A program made the position numbers and the translations under genes. The notes under the pieces are model-generated. The model was not told the DNA's origin. It was given only the letters and a program-made list of their open reading frames with translations, and searched no databases. A stretch of DNA of 64,000 bases from the IMG/VR virus record IMGVR_UViG_3300043410_000754. One strand, given 5' to 3'. Shown one piece after another: positions 1 through 10,003 of this stretch (position 1 is its first letter; the number at the start of each line of letters is the position of its first letter). Source of the DNA: an uncultured virus (IMG/VR IMGVR_UViG_3300043410_000754) (lineage: Duplodnaviria; Heunggongvirae; Uroviricota; Caudoviricetes).

Positions 1-26
1 GCCGAAGTTCCCGCTGAGGAGTAATC

Positions 27-959
27 ATGGCCAACACGTCTGGCACCGCATCATTCAACCTTGACTTAGCCGAGCTGGTCGAGGAAGCGTTCGAGCGTGC
101 CGGACGTGAGCTTCGTTCCGGCTACGACTTGCGTACTGCTCGCCGTAGCTTGAACATCATGTTCGCCGAGTGGGCCAACCGGGGCATCAACATGTGGACG
201 ATCGACTCGGGCACCATCAGTTTGGTGCAAGGGCAGAACACGTACCCGCTCCCCAACGACACAGTTGATTTGCTTGAGCACGTTATCCGTACTGGAGGAA
301 ACGTAGCCTCCACGCAAGCGGACCTCACGATCACGCGGATTAGCGTCTCCACGTACGCTACGATCCCCAACAAGATTCAGCAGGCTCGCCCCATTCAAAT
401 TTGGGTGCAGCGCTTGGACGGCCAAACCTCGCCGACGGGGTACGCTTTGGCGTCGAGCATCACTGCTGCGGACGTAACGATACCGCTGACAGGCGCACAG
501 AATCTACCTACTACGGGGTTTGTTCAAGTAGGCTCGGAAACGATTGCTTATGGCTACATCTCCGGGAATACCCTATATAACTGTTTCCGCGCCCAGAACG
601 GAACCACGGCGGCAGCGCACAGCGCAGCGGCTGCGGTGTACCTCCAGAACCTCCCTGCCGTGACGGTGTGGCCGACTCCCGACGCTGCTCAGTCGTATCA
701 GCTGGTGTACTGGCGTCTGCGCCGTACCCAGGACGCTGGTGGCGGCGTCAACGTGATGGACGTTCCGTTCCGCTTCATCCCCTGCATGGCTGCGGGGCTG
801 GCGTACTACATTGCGAGCAAAATCCCCGAGGGGGCCGAGCGCATCATGATGCTCAAGCAGCAATACGACGAAGCCTGGGAGCTGGCCGCGTACGAAGACC
901 ACGAGAAAGCCGCCCTGCGCTTTGTGCCTCGGCAGCAGTTCATCGGGGGCACCATCTAA
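27..959 (+). CDS. Virion structural protein, probable head-tail connector, with an inserted beta-rich domain
   Basis: 310 aa ORF with AGGAG RBS; position after the capsid module; helical N- and C-terminal parts typical of head-completion proteins. Confidence 0.6.
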   Translation: MANTSGTASFNLDLAELVEEAFERAGRELRSGYDLRTARRSLNIMFAEWANRGINMWTIDSGTISLVQGQNTYPLPNDTVDLLEHVIRTGGNVASTQADLTITRISVSTYATIPNKIQQARPIQIWVQRLDGQTSPTGYALASSITAADVTIPLTGAQNLPTTGFVQVGSETIAYGYISGNTLYNCFRAQNGTTAAAHSAAAAVYLQNLPAVTVWPTPDAAQSYQLVYWRLRRTQDAGGGVNVMDVPFRFIPCMAAGLAYYIASKIPEGAERIMMLKQQYDEAWELAAYEDHEKAALRFVPRQQFIGGTI

Positions 960-1388
960 ATGGGCAATCGGTTCGCGTCCGGTAAATGGGCGATCGCGCA
1001 GTGCGACCGCTGCGACGGGCGTTTCAAGCTCAAAGAGCTACGGCGCGAGATCATCAAGACCAAGAACTACGAGTTGCTGGTCTGCCGGGAGTGCTGGGAC
1101 CCCGACCAGCCGCAGTTGCAGTTGGGCATGTACCCAGTGGACGATCCGCAGGGGCTGCGTAACCCGCGCCCGGACCGAAGCTATGTAACCTCGGGTTTGT
1201 CGGGGCTACAGATTTTCAACACCACGAGCCCCAACCCGGACGCTCAAGGTACGCTGGAAGGCGGTAGCCGGGTCTTTCAGTGGGGGTGGAATCCGGTGGG
1301 CGGGGCAGCTGGGTACGACACTGGGCTGACCCCAAACAATTTGATTTTGACTGTATATTTGGGTACAGTCACGGTAGCAACGACGTAA
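960..1388 (+). CDS. Zinc-ribbon phage protein
   Basis: CDRC...CREC motif pairs; abuts the upstream gene. Confidence 0.7.
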   Translation: MGNRFASGKWAIAQCDRCDGRFKLKELRREIIKTKNYELLVCRECWDPDQPQLQLGMYPVDDPQGLRNPRPDRSYVTSGLSGLQIFNTTSPNPDAQGTLEGGSRVFQWGWNPVGGAAGYDTGLTPNNLILTVYLGTVTVATT

Positions 1389-1398
1389 GGAGTCGAAC

Positions 1399-1584
1399 AT
1401 GGACAAGTCCGATCTGGCGCAAGACAAGAAGCTGATCAAGAAAGCGTTCAAGCAGCACGATGCTCAAGAGCATAAAGGCGGCAAGGGCACTTCTTTGAAG
1501 CTCAAAAAGGGCGGCGTCACCTCTATGGCGATGAAGAAGGTTGGCCGCAACATGGCCCGCGCAAACAACCAAAGAGGCCGTTAA
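1399..1584 (+). CDS. Small basic protein
   Basis: AGGAG RBS, Lys-rich, LKKGG motif. Confidence 0.6.
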   Translation: MDKSDLAQDKKLIKKAFKQHDAQEHKGGKGTSLKLKKGGVTSMAMKKVGRNMARANNQRGR

Positions 1585-1585
1585 T

Positions 1586-1888
1586 ATGGCTACGAACGTA
1601 AAACCCACCACCAAGAATAGCCCCCGGATTCACGTTGGGGCTAACAAGGACAACGGGCCCGCCGAGCGCTATGCAGCTCGTGGCACGGATGTGAACGCAT
1701 CGTTGAACAACGGTGGGTATCGTCCTGACCCGAACACGTTGCCTGCCGATAAGGTCATGCCGGGCGGTACGCCTGCTCGTCGCGTGTCTGTTGGCGATCG
1801 CATTCGTGAGCCCAAGTCGGACGGCATCACCATGCGTGGGCATGGCGCGGCTGTCAAAGGCATTAAGTGCCGAGGCCCGATGGCATGA
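1586..1888 (+). CDS. Small basic hypothetical protein
   Basis: ATG at 1586 right after the upstream stop; ATGA overlap with the next gene. Confidence 0.6.
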   Translation: MATNVKPTTKNSPRIHVGANKDNGPAERYAARGTDVNASLNNGGYRPDPNTLPADKVMPGGTPARRVSVGDRIREPKSDGITMRGHGAAVKGIKCRGPMA

Positions 1889-2577
1889 CTTACACCGAGT
1901 TGGTCGCCGCAATCCAGTCGTATACGGAAAACCAATTCCCGGATACGTATCTTGCTGATGGAAGTGCTGTGTCTTCTACGACGCAGATCAACATTTTCAT
2001 CAAGCAGGCGGAGCAGCGCATCTACAACACGGTTCAGTTTCCGTCCTTGCGTCGTAACGTGACCGGTATCACATCCGGGAGCAACAAGTATCTGCAGTGC
2101 CCATCGGACTTCCTCGCTGTGTATTCGTTTGCAGTGATTAACGCGGATGGCAGCTACGAATACCTGTTGAACAAGGATGTGAACTTCATCCGGCAGGCGT
2201 ACCCTAACCCCACCGACCAAGCGACCCCCAAGTACTACGCGTTGTTTGGGCCGACGACCTACCCTTCTACGGAGTTGTCGTTCCTCCTTGGGCCCACGCC
2301 TGACATCCAGTACAACGTCGAGTTGCATTACTTCTACTACCCCGAGTCCATCACCACGGTGTCTGGTGGGCGTACGTGGCTGGGCGACAACTTCGATTCC
2401 GTCCTGCTGTATGGGGCGCTCGTCGAAGCCTACACGTTCATGAAGGGCGATGCCGACATGATTACCTTGTACGAGACCAAGTACAAGGAAGCATTAGGTT
2501 TGGCCAAGCGTCTGGGCGATGGTATGGAGCGTCAGGATGCGTACCGTTCTGGCCAATTCCGACAGGCGGTGACCTGA
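1885..2577 (+). CDS. Head-tail adaptor / tail tubular protein A-like
   Basis: MTYTELVAAIQ...FIKQAEQRI...LLYGALVEA pattern typical of adaptor proteins; gene order. Confidence 0.6.
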   Translation: MTYTELVAAIQSYTENQFPDTYLADGSAVSSTTQINIFIKQAEQRIYNTVQFPSLRRNVTGITSGSNKYLQCPSDFLAVYSFAVINADGSYEYLLNKDVNFIRQAYPNPTDQATPKYYALFGPTTYPSTELSFLLGPTPDIQYNVELHYFYYPESITTVSGGRTWLGDNFDSVLLYGALVEAYTFMKGDADMITLYETKYKEALGLAKRLGDGMERQDAYRSGQFRQAVT

Positions 2578-2999
2578 TGGCTTTTACCGGCAACTACTCC
2601 TGCAACTCGCTCCGGGCTGGTCTTGCTAACGGCACGATCAACTTCACGACCGACACGTTCTACATGGCGCTGTACACCAACGCAGCGTCGCTTAGCCAGA
2701 CCACCACGGCGTACGACGCTTTGGGGGAAACAACCGGGTCTGGGTACACGGCTGGAGGGCAGGTTATTACCGCGACGGTTACTTCCCAAGCCACTGCTTC
2801 GGGCAGCGTCACCTACATCTCTTTCTCTACGCCGACGTGGACTGGGTCCATCACGGCGCGGGGCGCACTCATCTACACACCGGGGGACAACGGAGCCATC
2901 TGTGTGCTAGACTTTGGAAACGATAAAACGTCGTCTTCATCTTTTACCGTGCAGATGCCAGCGGACACCGCTTCATCTGCTCTCCTCCGAATTGTTTAA
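2577..2999 (+). CDS. Virion structural protein (tail-associated)
   Basis: Thr/Ser-rich 140 aa, TGATG overlap, ARGALIY...VLDFG motif. Confidence 0.6.
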   Translation: MAFTGNYSCNSLRAGLANGTINFTTDTFYMALYTNAASLSQTTTAYDALGETTGSGYTAGGQVITATVTSQATASGSVTYISFSTPTWTGSITARGALIYTPGDNGAICVLDFGNDKTSSSSFTVQMPADTASSALLRIV

Positions 3000-3011
3000 T
3001 GGGGTGATTTC

Positions 3012-3596
3012 ATGACAAGTGAAACTTCTAAAGCTGTAGACGCCGTTAATAGCGACATCATGGCTTCCCGTGGAGCCGCAGAAGCTCTTGCCGCCTCTGG
3101 CGTTTATACGTTCAAGTGCTACGACGCGGACGGCAATCTCAAGTGGGAAGCGGTCGCCCCCAACAAAGTGACTAACGTCGGGGTTCAGGATATGAACACC
3201 AAGTATTTCACTGGCTCCGCATACACTGGCGCGTTCTACCTCGGCCTGATCAACGGCCCTGGCGCAGGCAACACGTATAACTTCACCGACACGATGTCGA
3301 GCCACACTGGCTGGACCGAGAGCGCATCCTACAGTCAGGTCAACCGTCCTACGTGTTCGTTCGGTGCCCCCACCAACGCCAACCCTTCTGTGGCCACCAA
3401 CAGCCTTTCCACGGCTACGTTCAGCATCAACGGCACCGCCACGATCGCTGGAGCGTTCCTGACTACCAGCAACGCCAAGTCCGGCACGAGCGGCACGTTG
3501 TTCTCTGCGGCTAACTTCCAATCCCCCGGCGATCGTTCCGTGGTCAACGGCGATACGCTCGTCGTGACCTATACCTTCAGCCTGACCGCAACCTGA
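3012..3596 (+). CDS. Virion structural protein
   Basis: Thr/Ser/Gly-rich beta protein in the tail cluster. Confidence 0.6.
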   Translation: MTSETSKAVDAVNSDIMASRGAAEALAASGVYTFKCYDADGNLKWEAVAPNKVTNVGVQDMNTKYFTGSAYTGAFYLGLINGPGAGNTYNFTDTMSSHTGWTESASYSQVNRPTCSFGAPTNANPSVATNSLSTATFSINGTATIAGAFLTTSNAKSGTSGTLFSAANFQSPGDRSVVNGDTLVVTYTFSLTAT

Positions 3597-3608
3597 TAGG
3601 AGGCCAAC

Positions 3609-3788
3609 ATGGCTACTGCATTCAAAAAAGGGCAAAACGTCAAAGTCAATTCTGTCGTGCCGGAAGGCCCGGTCGAGGCCTTGCGCATGGATGAAGATGG
3701 AACGGTGTTCTATCTGGTGAAGTGGACCGACGCGGACCAGGGCCAGCATGAGCGCTGGTTTGCTGAAGCCGAGCTGGTCGCTAGCTGA
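3609..3788 (+). CDS. Small hypothetical protein (59 aa, below the ORF track cutoff)
   Basis: AGGAGG RBS; MATAFKKGQNVKV...RWFAEAELVAS; fills the gap between neighbours. Confidence 0.7.
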   Translation: MATAFKKGQNVKVNSVVPEGPVEALRMDEDGTVFYLVKWTDADQGQHERWFAEAELVAS

Positions 3789-3807
3789 TAGTTAACGGGG
3801 CGTAATC

Positions 3808-5472
3808 ATGGCATTTGTTCTCGCTGATCGCGTAAAAGAAACGACGACAACTACGGGCACCGGCACAGTCACGCTGGCTGGCGCAGCTACGGGGTATCGT
3901 TCGTTCGCTGCGGTCGGCGACGGCAACCAGACCTATTACGCCATCGTTGACAACACCAACAACGTGTGGGAGATTGGGCTTGGCACCTACACGGCTTCGG
4001 GTACAACCCTGTCGCGCACGACGGTGTTCTCCAACTCCCTAAGCACCACCGCACTGATCAACTTCGCAGCGGGTACCAAGGATGTGTTCTGTACGCAGCC
4101 CGGTTGGAGCACCCAGAACGGCAACATCGCACTCGGGAATCAGTCTGGCAGTGCCCTGACATCGGGTAGCAGTAACAACGTACACGTTGGCAACTCGGCT
4201 GGTCTGCGTAACCAGAACGGCTACGCCACGTTTGTGGGCTTTCAGGCGGGCGCGACCAACACTAACCCCAACAGCGACAACACCGCGATCGGTAACTCCG
4301 CACTTGGTCAGGGTTCTTTCTATACGGGTAACGGCCTCACTGCGGTGGGTGCTTACTCCTTGGCGAAGACGTACACCACAAGCGCAACTGCGGTCGGCAA
4401 CTTATCGCTATACAACGCCAACAACGCCCAGTACTCCACTGCCATTGGTAATAGTGCTCTATATAGCAACGTCAACGGTTGGTATCACACGGCGCTTGGG
4501 GCGCAGGCGGGGTACGCCCTTGACAGCGGCAACTACAACACATTCATTGGGTATCAGGCCGGATACGGCGGTACTACACCTTCTGGCGGGAACAACGTAG
4601 TTGTCGGAGCGCAGGCATTCAAAGCATACACAGCCGCCACCAATAATACGGTTCTTGGGTATGGCGCTGCTCCTGCGCTCACTTCTGCCACGTATAACGT
4701 CGTCATTGGCTCCGGTACCGGTGCCGCCTTAACCACATCTGGCAGCAACGTCTTGATTGGTTACGGCGCTGGGGCTGGTATCGTATCTAGCTCGAACGGT
4801 AGTAATATCGCTATTGGGTATCAGGCGGGCAACGGCACGACTGGTGGATACAACATCCTTCTTGGGTTCCGGTCGTTCTTCACGTCGGGGGCGGGTGAGT
4901 ACAACACGTTCATTGGGCACACTGCTGGATACGCGGGTACCAGCGGTAACTACAACGTCCTCATCGGCGGGTACCAAGGTTCCGGCGGACCAGTTGATGC
5001 TACGACAACTAGCAACAACATCGCTATCTCGGACAACCAAGGAAACGTCCTTATATATAAAAACAGCTATGGTGGAGCTGGGCGCAACACTTTTTTCACC
5101 GACAAGTCCTACGCTACTTCGGCCTCCACTGGTACGGTCAACTTTGATGTGCTATCCCAGACCGTTCTGTATGCAGCATCTACCGCTACCGCCAACTTTG
5201 TGCTGAACGTACGTACTAGCGCCACCGCTACACTTAACAACGCGATCAACACAAGCACGTACTTGACCATCCAGTACTGGAACTTGAACGGCGCTACGGC
5301 GTACTATATGACTTCGTTGACGATTGACGGCACTGCTCAAACGGTAAGGTGGGCTGGCGGCAGCGCACCGGTTGCAGGCAACGCCAACGCACTCGATGTG
5401 TACACGTTCACTATTTACAAAACAGGCGCTAACTCGTACCTCGTCAACGGCAAACTTGAGAAGTACGCTTAA
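3808..5472 (+). CDS. Tail fibre protein with NTAIG-like beta repeats
   Basis: Many N-[TV]-x-[IV]-G-x-x-A repeats; N-terminal DRVKETTTTTGTG anchor. Confidence 0.75.
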   Translation: MAFVLADRVKETTTTTGTGTVTLAGAATGYRSFAAVGDGNQTYYAIVDNTNNVWEIGLGTYTASGTTLSRTTVFSNSLSTTALINFAAGTKDVFCTQPGWSTQNGNIALGNQSGSALTSGSSNNVHVGNSAGLRNQNGYATFVGFQAGATNTNPNSDNTAIGNSALGQGSFYTGNGLTAVGAYSLAKTYTTSATAVGNLSLYNANNAQYSTAIGNSALYSNVNGWYHTALGAQAGYALDSGNYNTFIGYQAGYGGTTPSGGNNVVVGAQAFKAYTAATNNTVLGYGAAPALTSATYNVVIGSGTGAALTTSGSNVLIGYGAGAGIVSSSNGSNIAIGYQAGNGTTGGYNILLGFRSFFTSGAGEYNTFIGHTAGYAGTSGNYNVLIGGYQGSGGPVDATTTSNNIAISDNQGNVLIYKNSYGGAGRNTFFTDKSYATSASTGTVNFDVLSQTVLYAASTATANFVLNVRTSATATLNNAINTSTYLTIQYWNLNGATAYYMTSLTIDGTAQTVRWAGGSAPVAGNANALDVYTFTIYKTGANSYLVNGKLEKYA

Positions 5473-5485
5473 GGGGTAGTCGAAC

Positions 5486-5815
5486 ATGAGTCTTGCTATC
5501 ACTTGGCAAATTGAACAGCTACGAACCCTCGACCACTTGGCCGATGGGTTCGTCACGCACGTGGTCTACTTGGTCACCGCCAAAGACGGGGAAGCCGAAG
5601 CGTGGCATCGCGGCCAGATCGAATACGACACCCCCGGGGATGCGTTCACGCCGCTCCAAGACTTAACTGAAGATCAAGTTGTTGCGTGGGTGCTAGACCA
5701 TCTAGGACCCGAACAAGTGCAACATATCAGCGGCCTGTTGGCAACGCAGATTGACCACCAGCTAAACCCTCCGGTTGCGCCAAAAAGTATTCCCCTCCCT
5801 TGGACTACGGGGTAA
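5486..5815 (+). CDS. Tail fibre-associated small protein
   Basis: LTEDQVVAWV...LPW motif; follows the fibre gene. Confidence 0.5.
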   Translation: MSLAITWQIEQLRTLDHLADGFVTHVVYLVTAKDGEAEAWHRGQIEYDTPGDAFTPLQDLTEDQVVAWVLDHLGPEQVQHISGLLATQIDHQLNPPVAPKSIPLPWTTG

Positions 5816-5818
5816 CCC

Positions 5819-6499
5819 ATGTTTGGAGCTAACCCGTTTTCGGAAGTTCCGTTCTCAAGTCTAGCTGCAGGTGGTGGCGGTGCAACTTACAACGGGTCGA
5901 TAACCGAGGCTGCGTCCTCGGCTGACGCATTCACGGGTGTACCAGGGATTCCTGGGGCTGTAACTGAGGCTGCATCCTCTGCGGAAACCGTTAGCGCAGC
6001 AGTTTTTGCCACCTACAACGGGGCCATTACTGAAGCGGGTTCGGGCGGTGAGACTGTCAGCGCCATCCTGGTAACTACATACAATAGCTCCATTACGGAA
6101 GCGGCTTCATCTGCGGATACATTCATTGCGGCGTTGAACTTCATCGCTTTGTTGACGGAGGCCGCGTCGTCCGCCGACACTTTCTTGGGCACGTTCCCGC
6201 CGATCCCTGGGTCGGTTTCGGAAGCCGCGTCTTCTGGAGAAACGGTTAGCGGCGCGTACTCCCAGGGTGTTTCGGTTACCGAAGAAGCTATTGGCCTCGA
6301 TACCCCAAGCAGTACCGCGTCTACGCAGGTGTTTATCACGGACGCCGCCACCGCTTCGGATACGTTTGTCGGCGGTCGGGGTGCTCTTGCGTCAGTTTCT
6401 GATGCCGCGTATGCAGCAGATGCCGTGGCGGGTCGTGGGATTTGGGAAGACATTGACGCCACGCAGGATGCTGGGTGGGAAGACATTATTGCGGGGTAA
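5819..6499 (+). CDS. Acidic repeat-containing structural protein
   Basis: About 9 copies of [IV]TEAASS[AG][DE]T[FV]; MFG..PFS start. Confidence 0.65.
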   Translation: MFGANPFSEVPFSSLAAGGGGATYNGSITEAASSADAFTGVPGIPGAVTEAASSAETVSAAVFATYNGAITEAGSGGETVSAILVTTYNSSITEAASSADTFIAALNFIALLTEAASSADTFLGTFPPIPGSVSEAASSGETVSGAYSQGVSVTEEAIGLDTPSSTASTQVFITDAATASDTFVGGRGALASVSDAAYAADAVAGRGIWEDIDATQDAGWEDIIAG

Positions 6500-6520
6500 C
6501 CCCCGAACACGGAGAAAGAC

Positions 6521-7285
6521 ATGGCAACGTATTCACCAAGCCTACGATTGAACCTGATCGCCACTGGCGCGGAAGCGGGTACATGGGGCAACACGACCAA
6601 CTATAACCTTGGCACGTTGATGGAGCAGGCCGTGACCGGCCTTGCTGTGGTTTCCGTGGCTTCTACGTCTCAAGCGCTCACTGCTAACAACGGCGTGGCC
6701 GACGAGTCCCGTGATGCGATCATCCAACTGAATGGTGGCGGTGTAGCAGCGGCGTTTAGCATCTACGCCCCTCCGGTCTCCAAAATCTACATGGTGTGGA
6801 ACAACACGTCGTATGACGCTACGTTCTACAACTCCACTGTCCTGGGCGGCACCACTGCTGCGGGTACCGGGGTTACCGTTAAGACGGGCATCAAGTCGTA
6901 TATCTTCAGCGACGGGACCAACTTCTACGGCGTCTCGGCTGGCGGCGTCTCCGGTGTCATCCCGATTGCCAACGGCGGTACGGGTCAGTCCACACAGCAA
7001 ACGGCCCTCAACGCACTTGCCGGTGCGGTGACTGCAGCTCGATTCTTGCGCGGCGACGGTACGAACGTCACGCTCTCGGCCATCCAAGTTACGGATGTGC
7101 CGACGCTGAATCAGAATACTACCGGGAGTGCAGCAACCGCTGGGTCGGTTGCCACCACCAACTTCACTATTACGGAGTCTGGCGGCAAGCTATTGTTCAA
7201 GTACGGTGCTACCACTCTTATGTCGATCGACTCTTCGGGCAACGTGACGACCATCGCCAACGTGACCGGCTACGGCACGCCGTAA
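6521..7285 (+). CDS. Tail structural / fibre protein
   Basis: MATYSPSLRLNLIATG...TWG..TN N-terminus; PIANGGTG fibre motif. Confidence 0.65.
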   Translation: MATYSPSLRLNLIATGAEAGTWGNTTNYNLGTLMEQAVTGLAVVSVASTSQALTANNGVADESRDAIIQLNGGGVAAAFSIYAPPVSKIYMVWNNTSYDATFYNSTVLGGTTAAGTGVTVKTGIKSYIFSDGTNFYGVSAGGVSGVIPIANGGTGQSTQQTALNALAGAVTAARFLRGDGTNVTLSAIQVTDVPTLNQNTTGSAATAGSVATTNFTITESGGKLLFKYGATTLMSIDSSGNVTTIANVTGYGTP

Positions 7286-7294
7286 GGAGTAGGT

Positions 7295-8872
7295 ATGACG
7301 GCACTTAACTCTTCTGGCCCCATCAGCTTGGGCGGCTCCACTGCAGGACAGTCAGTTAACCTTGCGCTGAATAAATCCGCCACCGCTACGGTGTCGTTTA
7401 ACGACACCGCTGTGCGAACACTAACTGGAACTTCCGCAGGTGCTATTGTTCGTATGCCAGCGGATTTTTGGGGTAAGACGTACACCGCGTCTGTGTCAAC
7501 GTTTTTTGGCACTAGCACTGCGACATCGAGCCAAGCACCGCAGCCTTTAACCCAGACGGTTGTGAACCCGACTACTAATGAGATGTACGTCATTGGTAAC
7601 TACACCCCATCGGGCAACAACAAAGCAATATGGGTGCAAAAGCTAAATAGCGCTGGGCAAGTATCGTGGACATACTTGTACTACGTCCCTACGGCGTTTG
7701 GCAGTATTGACCTTACGTTGCAACCCGGTGCAAAGTGCGGGATTGACTCGTCGGGGAATCTGTACATTGTGTGCTTCCGCACTACCCCCCAGGTAGTACT
7801 GTTCAAAATTGACACGGGGGCAAACGTAGTTTGGTCGCGGCTTCTTAGCCCTGTTGGGACCTATACCCTTGGCCTTCTCGGGGGGTTAGGGGTAGATTCG
7901 TCGGGTAACTCCTACATAACAATCGACGTTAATGCTGGCGGCGCCACCTACACTACCGCAGTTGTGAAATACAACTCAAGCGGCACTATACAGTGGCAAA
8001 AAGTTTTGAACGGTACCGTCGTAACGGGCCGTTATATGCGGCCTTGGCCTGGATCAACGTGTGTTGACCCTAGCGGTAACTTTTATTTTGGTGGATATAT
8101 AAAAGACCCGTTCAATCAGGATGGTCCTACGTATGTAAAGTGCGACAGTAGCGGAACTGTACAGTGGGTGTCGCAATACACCCCATCAGGTGCGGGTGGG
8201 ACTCGGTACGGGTATCCAGCTGGTATGGTAACGGATAGTTCTGGTAATTTATACGTCGCCGCTAAGTACGCTAAAACCACTCCTGCGCTTGGGGACGACA
8301 CGTACGTTTTTCAAGTAGATTCGACCGGGTACATAACGAACCAGATAGGGATAACCTCAAAGAATGGTGGGGGTTTCTTAGCTATTGACACGACCAATAA
8401 TCTGTACGTTATCACGTTCCCAAACACTACTGGCCTGGACTTTTCAGTCTGCAAGACGAACTCCACTCTCAGCTCTGTAACGTGGGAGCGAAACTTTGCC
8501 GCCATAACTTCTGGTGGAAGTTCAAGCTACTTGAACTATAACGCGGTGTACCTCTCCACAAATGCTGGGTCCTACGTTGCCACCATGTGGGCGGGTGCTC
8601 CATACGCCTCAACATTTTGGGGGTCGCTCACGTACATGCTGAAGAATGATGGTAGCTACACCTCTGCTACTTCTACGTTCTCCACAACGCCCGTTACTAG
8701 CGCAATTGCTGTGACCGCAGGCTCCAGCACAAGTTTTGCCCCTGGGTTTGTAACTACGGGGTATGGTTTGGCGTTGTCATCTAACCTTAATTGGAATGAC
8801 TCTAGCTTTGCGGGCAACATCTTCACAACAATCCCGACCGCGTTCTATACGACACAAGTGATTACGAAGTAA
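7295..8872 (+). CDS. Putative receptor-binding protein with beta-propeller repeats
   Basis: Repeated DSSGN[LS]Y...K[YC][ND]SSGT[IV]QW blades; N-terminal SSGPISL fibre-tip motif. Confidence 0.65.
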   Translation: MTALNSSGPISLGGSTAGQSVNLALNKSATATVSFNDTAVRTLTGTSAGAIVRMPADFWGKTYTASVSTFFGTSTATSSQAPQPLTQTVVNPTTNEMYVIGNYTPSGNNKAIWVQKLNSAGQVSWTYLYYVPTAFGSIDLTLQPGAKCGIDSSGNLYIVCFRTTPQVVLFKIDTGANVVWSRLLSPVGTYTLGLLGGLGVDSSGNSYITIDVNAGGATYTTAVVKYNSSGTIQWQKVLNGTVVTGRYMRPWPGSTCVDPSGNFYFGGYIKDPFNQDGPTYVKCDSSGTVQWVSQYTPSGAGGTRYGYPAGMVTDSSGNLYVAAKYAKTTPALGDDTYVFQVDSTGYITNQIGITSKNGGGFLAIDTTNNLYVITFPNTTGLDFSVCKTNSTLSSVTWERNFAAITSGGSSSYLNYNAVYLSTNAGSYVATMWAGAPYASTFWGSLTYMLKNDGSYTSATSTFSTTPVTSAIAVTAGSSTSFAPGFVTTGYGLALSSNLNWNDSSFAGNIFTTIPTAFYTTQVITK

Positions 8873-8873
8873 T

Positions 8874-9146
8874 ATGAACTGGGCCGACGTACTCAAAGCT
8901 GTAATCCCTGTCATCGTTGCCTCCCTTGCGTGGCTGCTTGGGCAGGTGACGGACTTCTCTACTCGTCTCACCAAGATCGAGGGGTCCATGCCTGCGCTGA
9001 TTACGAAAGAGGGTGTCCCCACGGACAGTCCGATCTCCGCTGAGCGTCGGCATGCCCTCAAGGAAGAGATATACCGTGACATTCACCAGCTTCAGGTGAA
9101 GGTCCAACTGCTCGAAGAGCGAGAAAAAATGGGGAAGAAGCAATGA
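8874..9146 (+). CDS. Small membrane protein (lysis module)
   Basis: One N-terminal hydrophobic helix plus coiled coil. Confidence 0.55.
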   Translation: MNWADVLKAVIPVIVASLAWLLGQVTDFSTRLTKIEGSMPALITKEGVPTDSPISAERRHALKEEIYRDIHQLQVKVQLLEEREKMGKKQ

Positions 9147-9661
9147 TCCCAATCGTCGCGTCGCTACTTGGAACCCTGGCTGAGAACGGCCTGGGCCTGC
9201 TGTCGTCCGCGATCCAAGCCAAGGGCAAGGAAGTTGTCGAGAATACCCTGGGGGTCAAGATCAGTGACAACCCGAGCCCCGAGGAAGTTGCCAAGCTGCG
9301 CCAGCTTCAATTCGACCACGAAGAGCGCCTGCTGGAACTTGGGATCGAGAAGGCTCGTTTGGAGCAGGAAGAACTTAAAGCCTTGCTGGCGGCTCAAGCC
9401 AACCAGGAAAACAACGTCAGCGATCGTTGGAAGGCTGACATGGCATCCGATTCATGGTTATCCAAGAACATTCGACCTGGGACTCTGATCTACATTTTGA
9501 GTGCCTATCTGCTTTTTGCGGCGCTGAGTGCGGCGGGCATCAACGTGCAAGAATCCTACGTGGCGCTGCTGGGGCAGTGGGGGATGCTGGTCATGACCGC
9601 CTATTTTGGTGGGCGCTCGGCGGAAAAGATCGTTGAGTTGCTGAAGAAAGGCAAAGAATGA
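9143..9661 (+). CDS. Holin-like membrane protein
   Basis: WLSKNIRP followed by two TM segments and YFGGRS; adjacent to the endolysin. Confidence 0.7.
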   Translation: MIPIVASLLGTLAENGLGLLSSAIQAKGKEVVENTLGVKISDNPSPEEVAKLRQLQFDHEERLLELGIEKARLEQEELKALLAAQANQENNVSDRWKADMASDSWLSKNIRPGTLIYILSAYLLFAALSAAGINVQESYVALLGQWGMLVMTAYFGGRSAEKIVELLKKGKE

Positions 9662-9999
9662 GTCTGTCCCAAGAACAAGCGGCGTTTCTCCTGGACGCCT
9701 GCGCCCTTATCCAGTATGCTACCCAGCAAGGGTTTTTGGTGACCGGTGGGGAGTTGGCTCGGACGCCGGAGCAGCAAGCGATCTACGTCAAGACTGGGCG
9801 CTCCAAAACGCTCAACTCCATTCATTTGAAGCGCTGCGCCATCGACCTGAACTTCTTCAAGAACGGGCAGATCATCTGGGACAAGGAAACTCTGGCACCC
9901 CTAGGCGCGTACTGGGAATCTCTCAACCCGAAGAACCGCTGGGGTGGCAACTTCAAGTCGCTGGTAGACTGCCCGCATTTCGAGCGAAACGTGGGGTAA
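9658..9999 (+). CDS. Endolysin, M15 family peptidase
   Basis: RTPEQQ, SxH-x6-D (SIHLKRCAID), WGG, DxxH (DCPHFE). Confidence 0.85.
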   Translation: MSLSQEQAAFLLDACALIQYATQQGFLVTGGELARTPEQQAIYVKTGRSKTLNSIHLKRCAIDLNFFKNGQIIWDKETLAPLGAYWESLNPKNRWGGNFKSLVDCPHFERNVG

Positions 10000-10003
10000 C
10001 GCC

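Noticed and set aside
3808..8872. Diversity-generating retroelement or invertible fibre switch
   Set aside because: No reverse transcriptase, invertase or template/variable repeat pair seen
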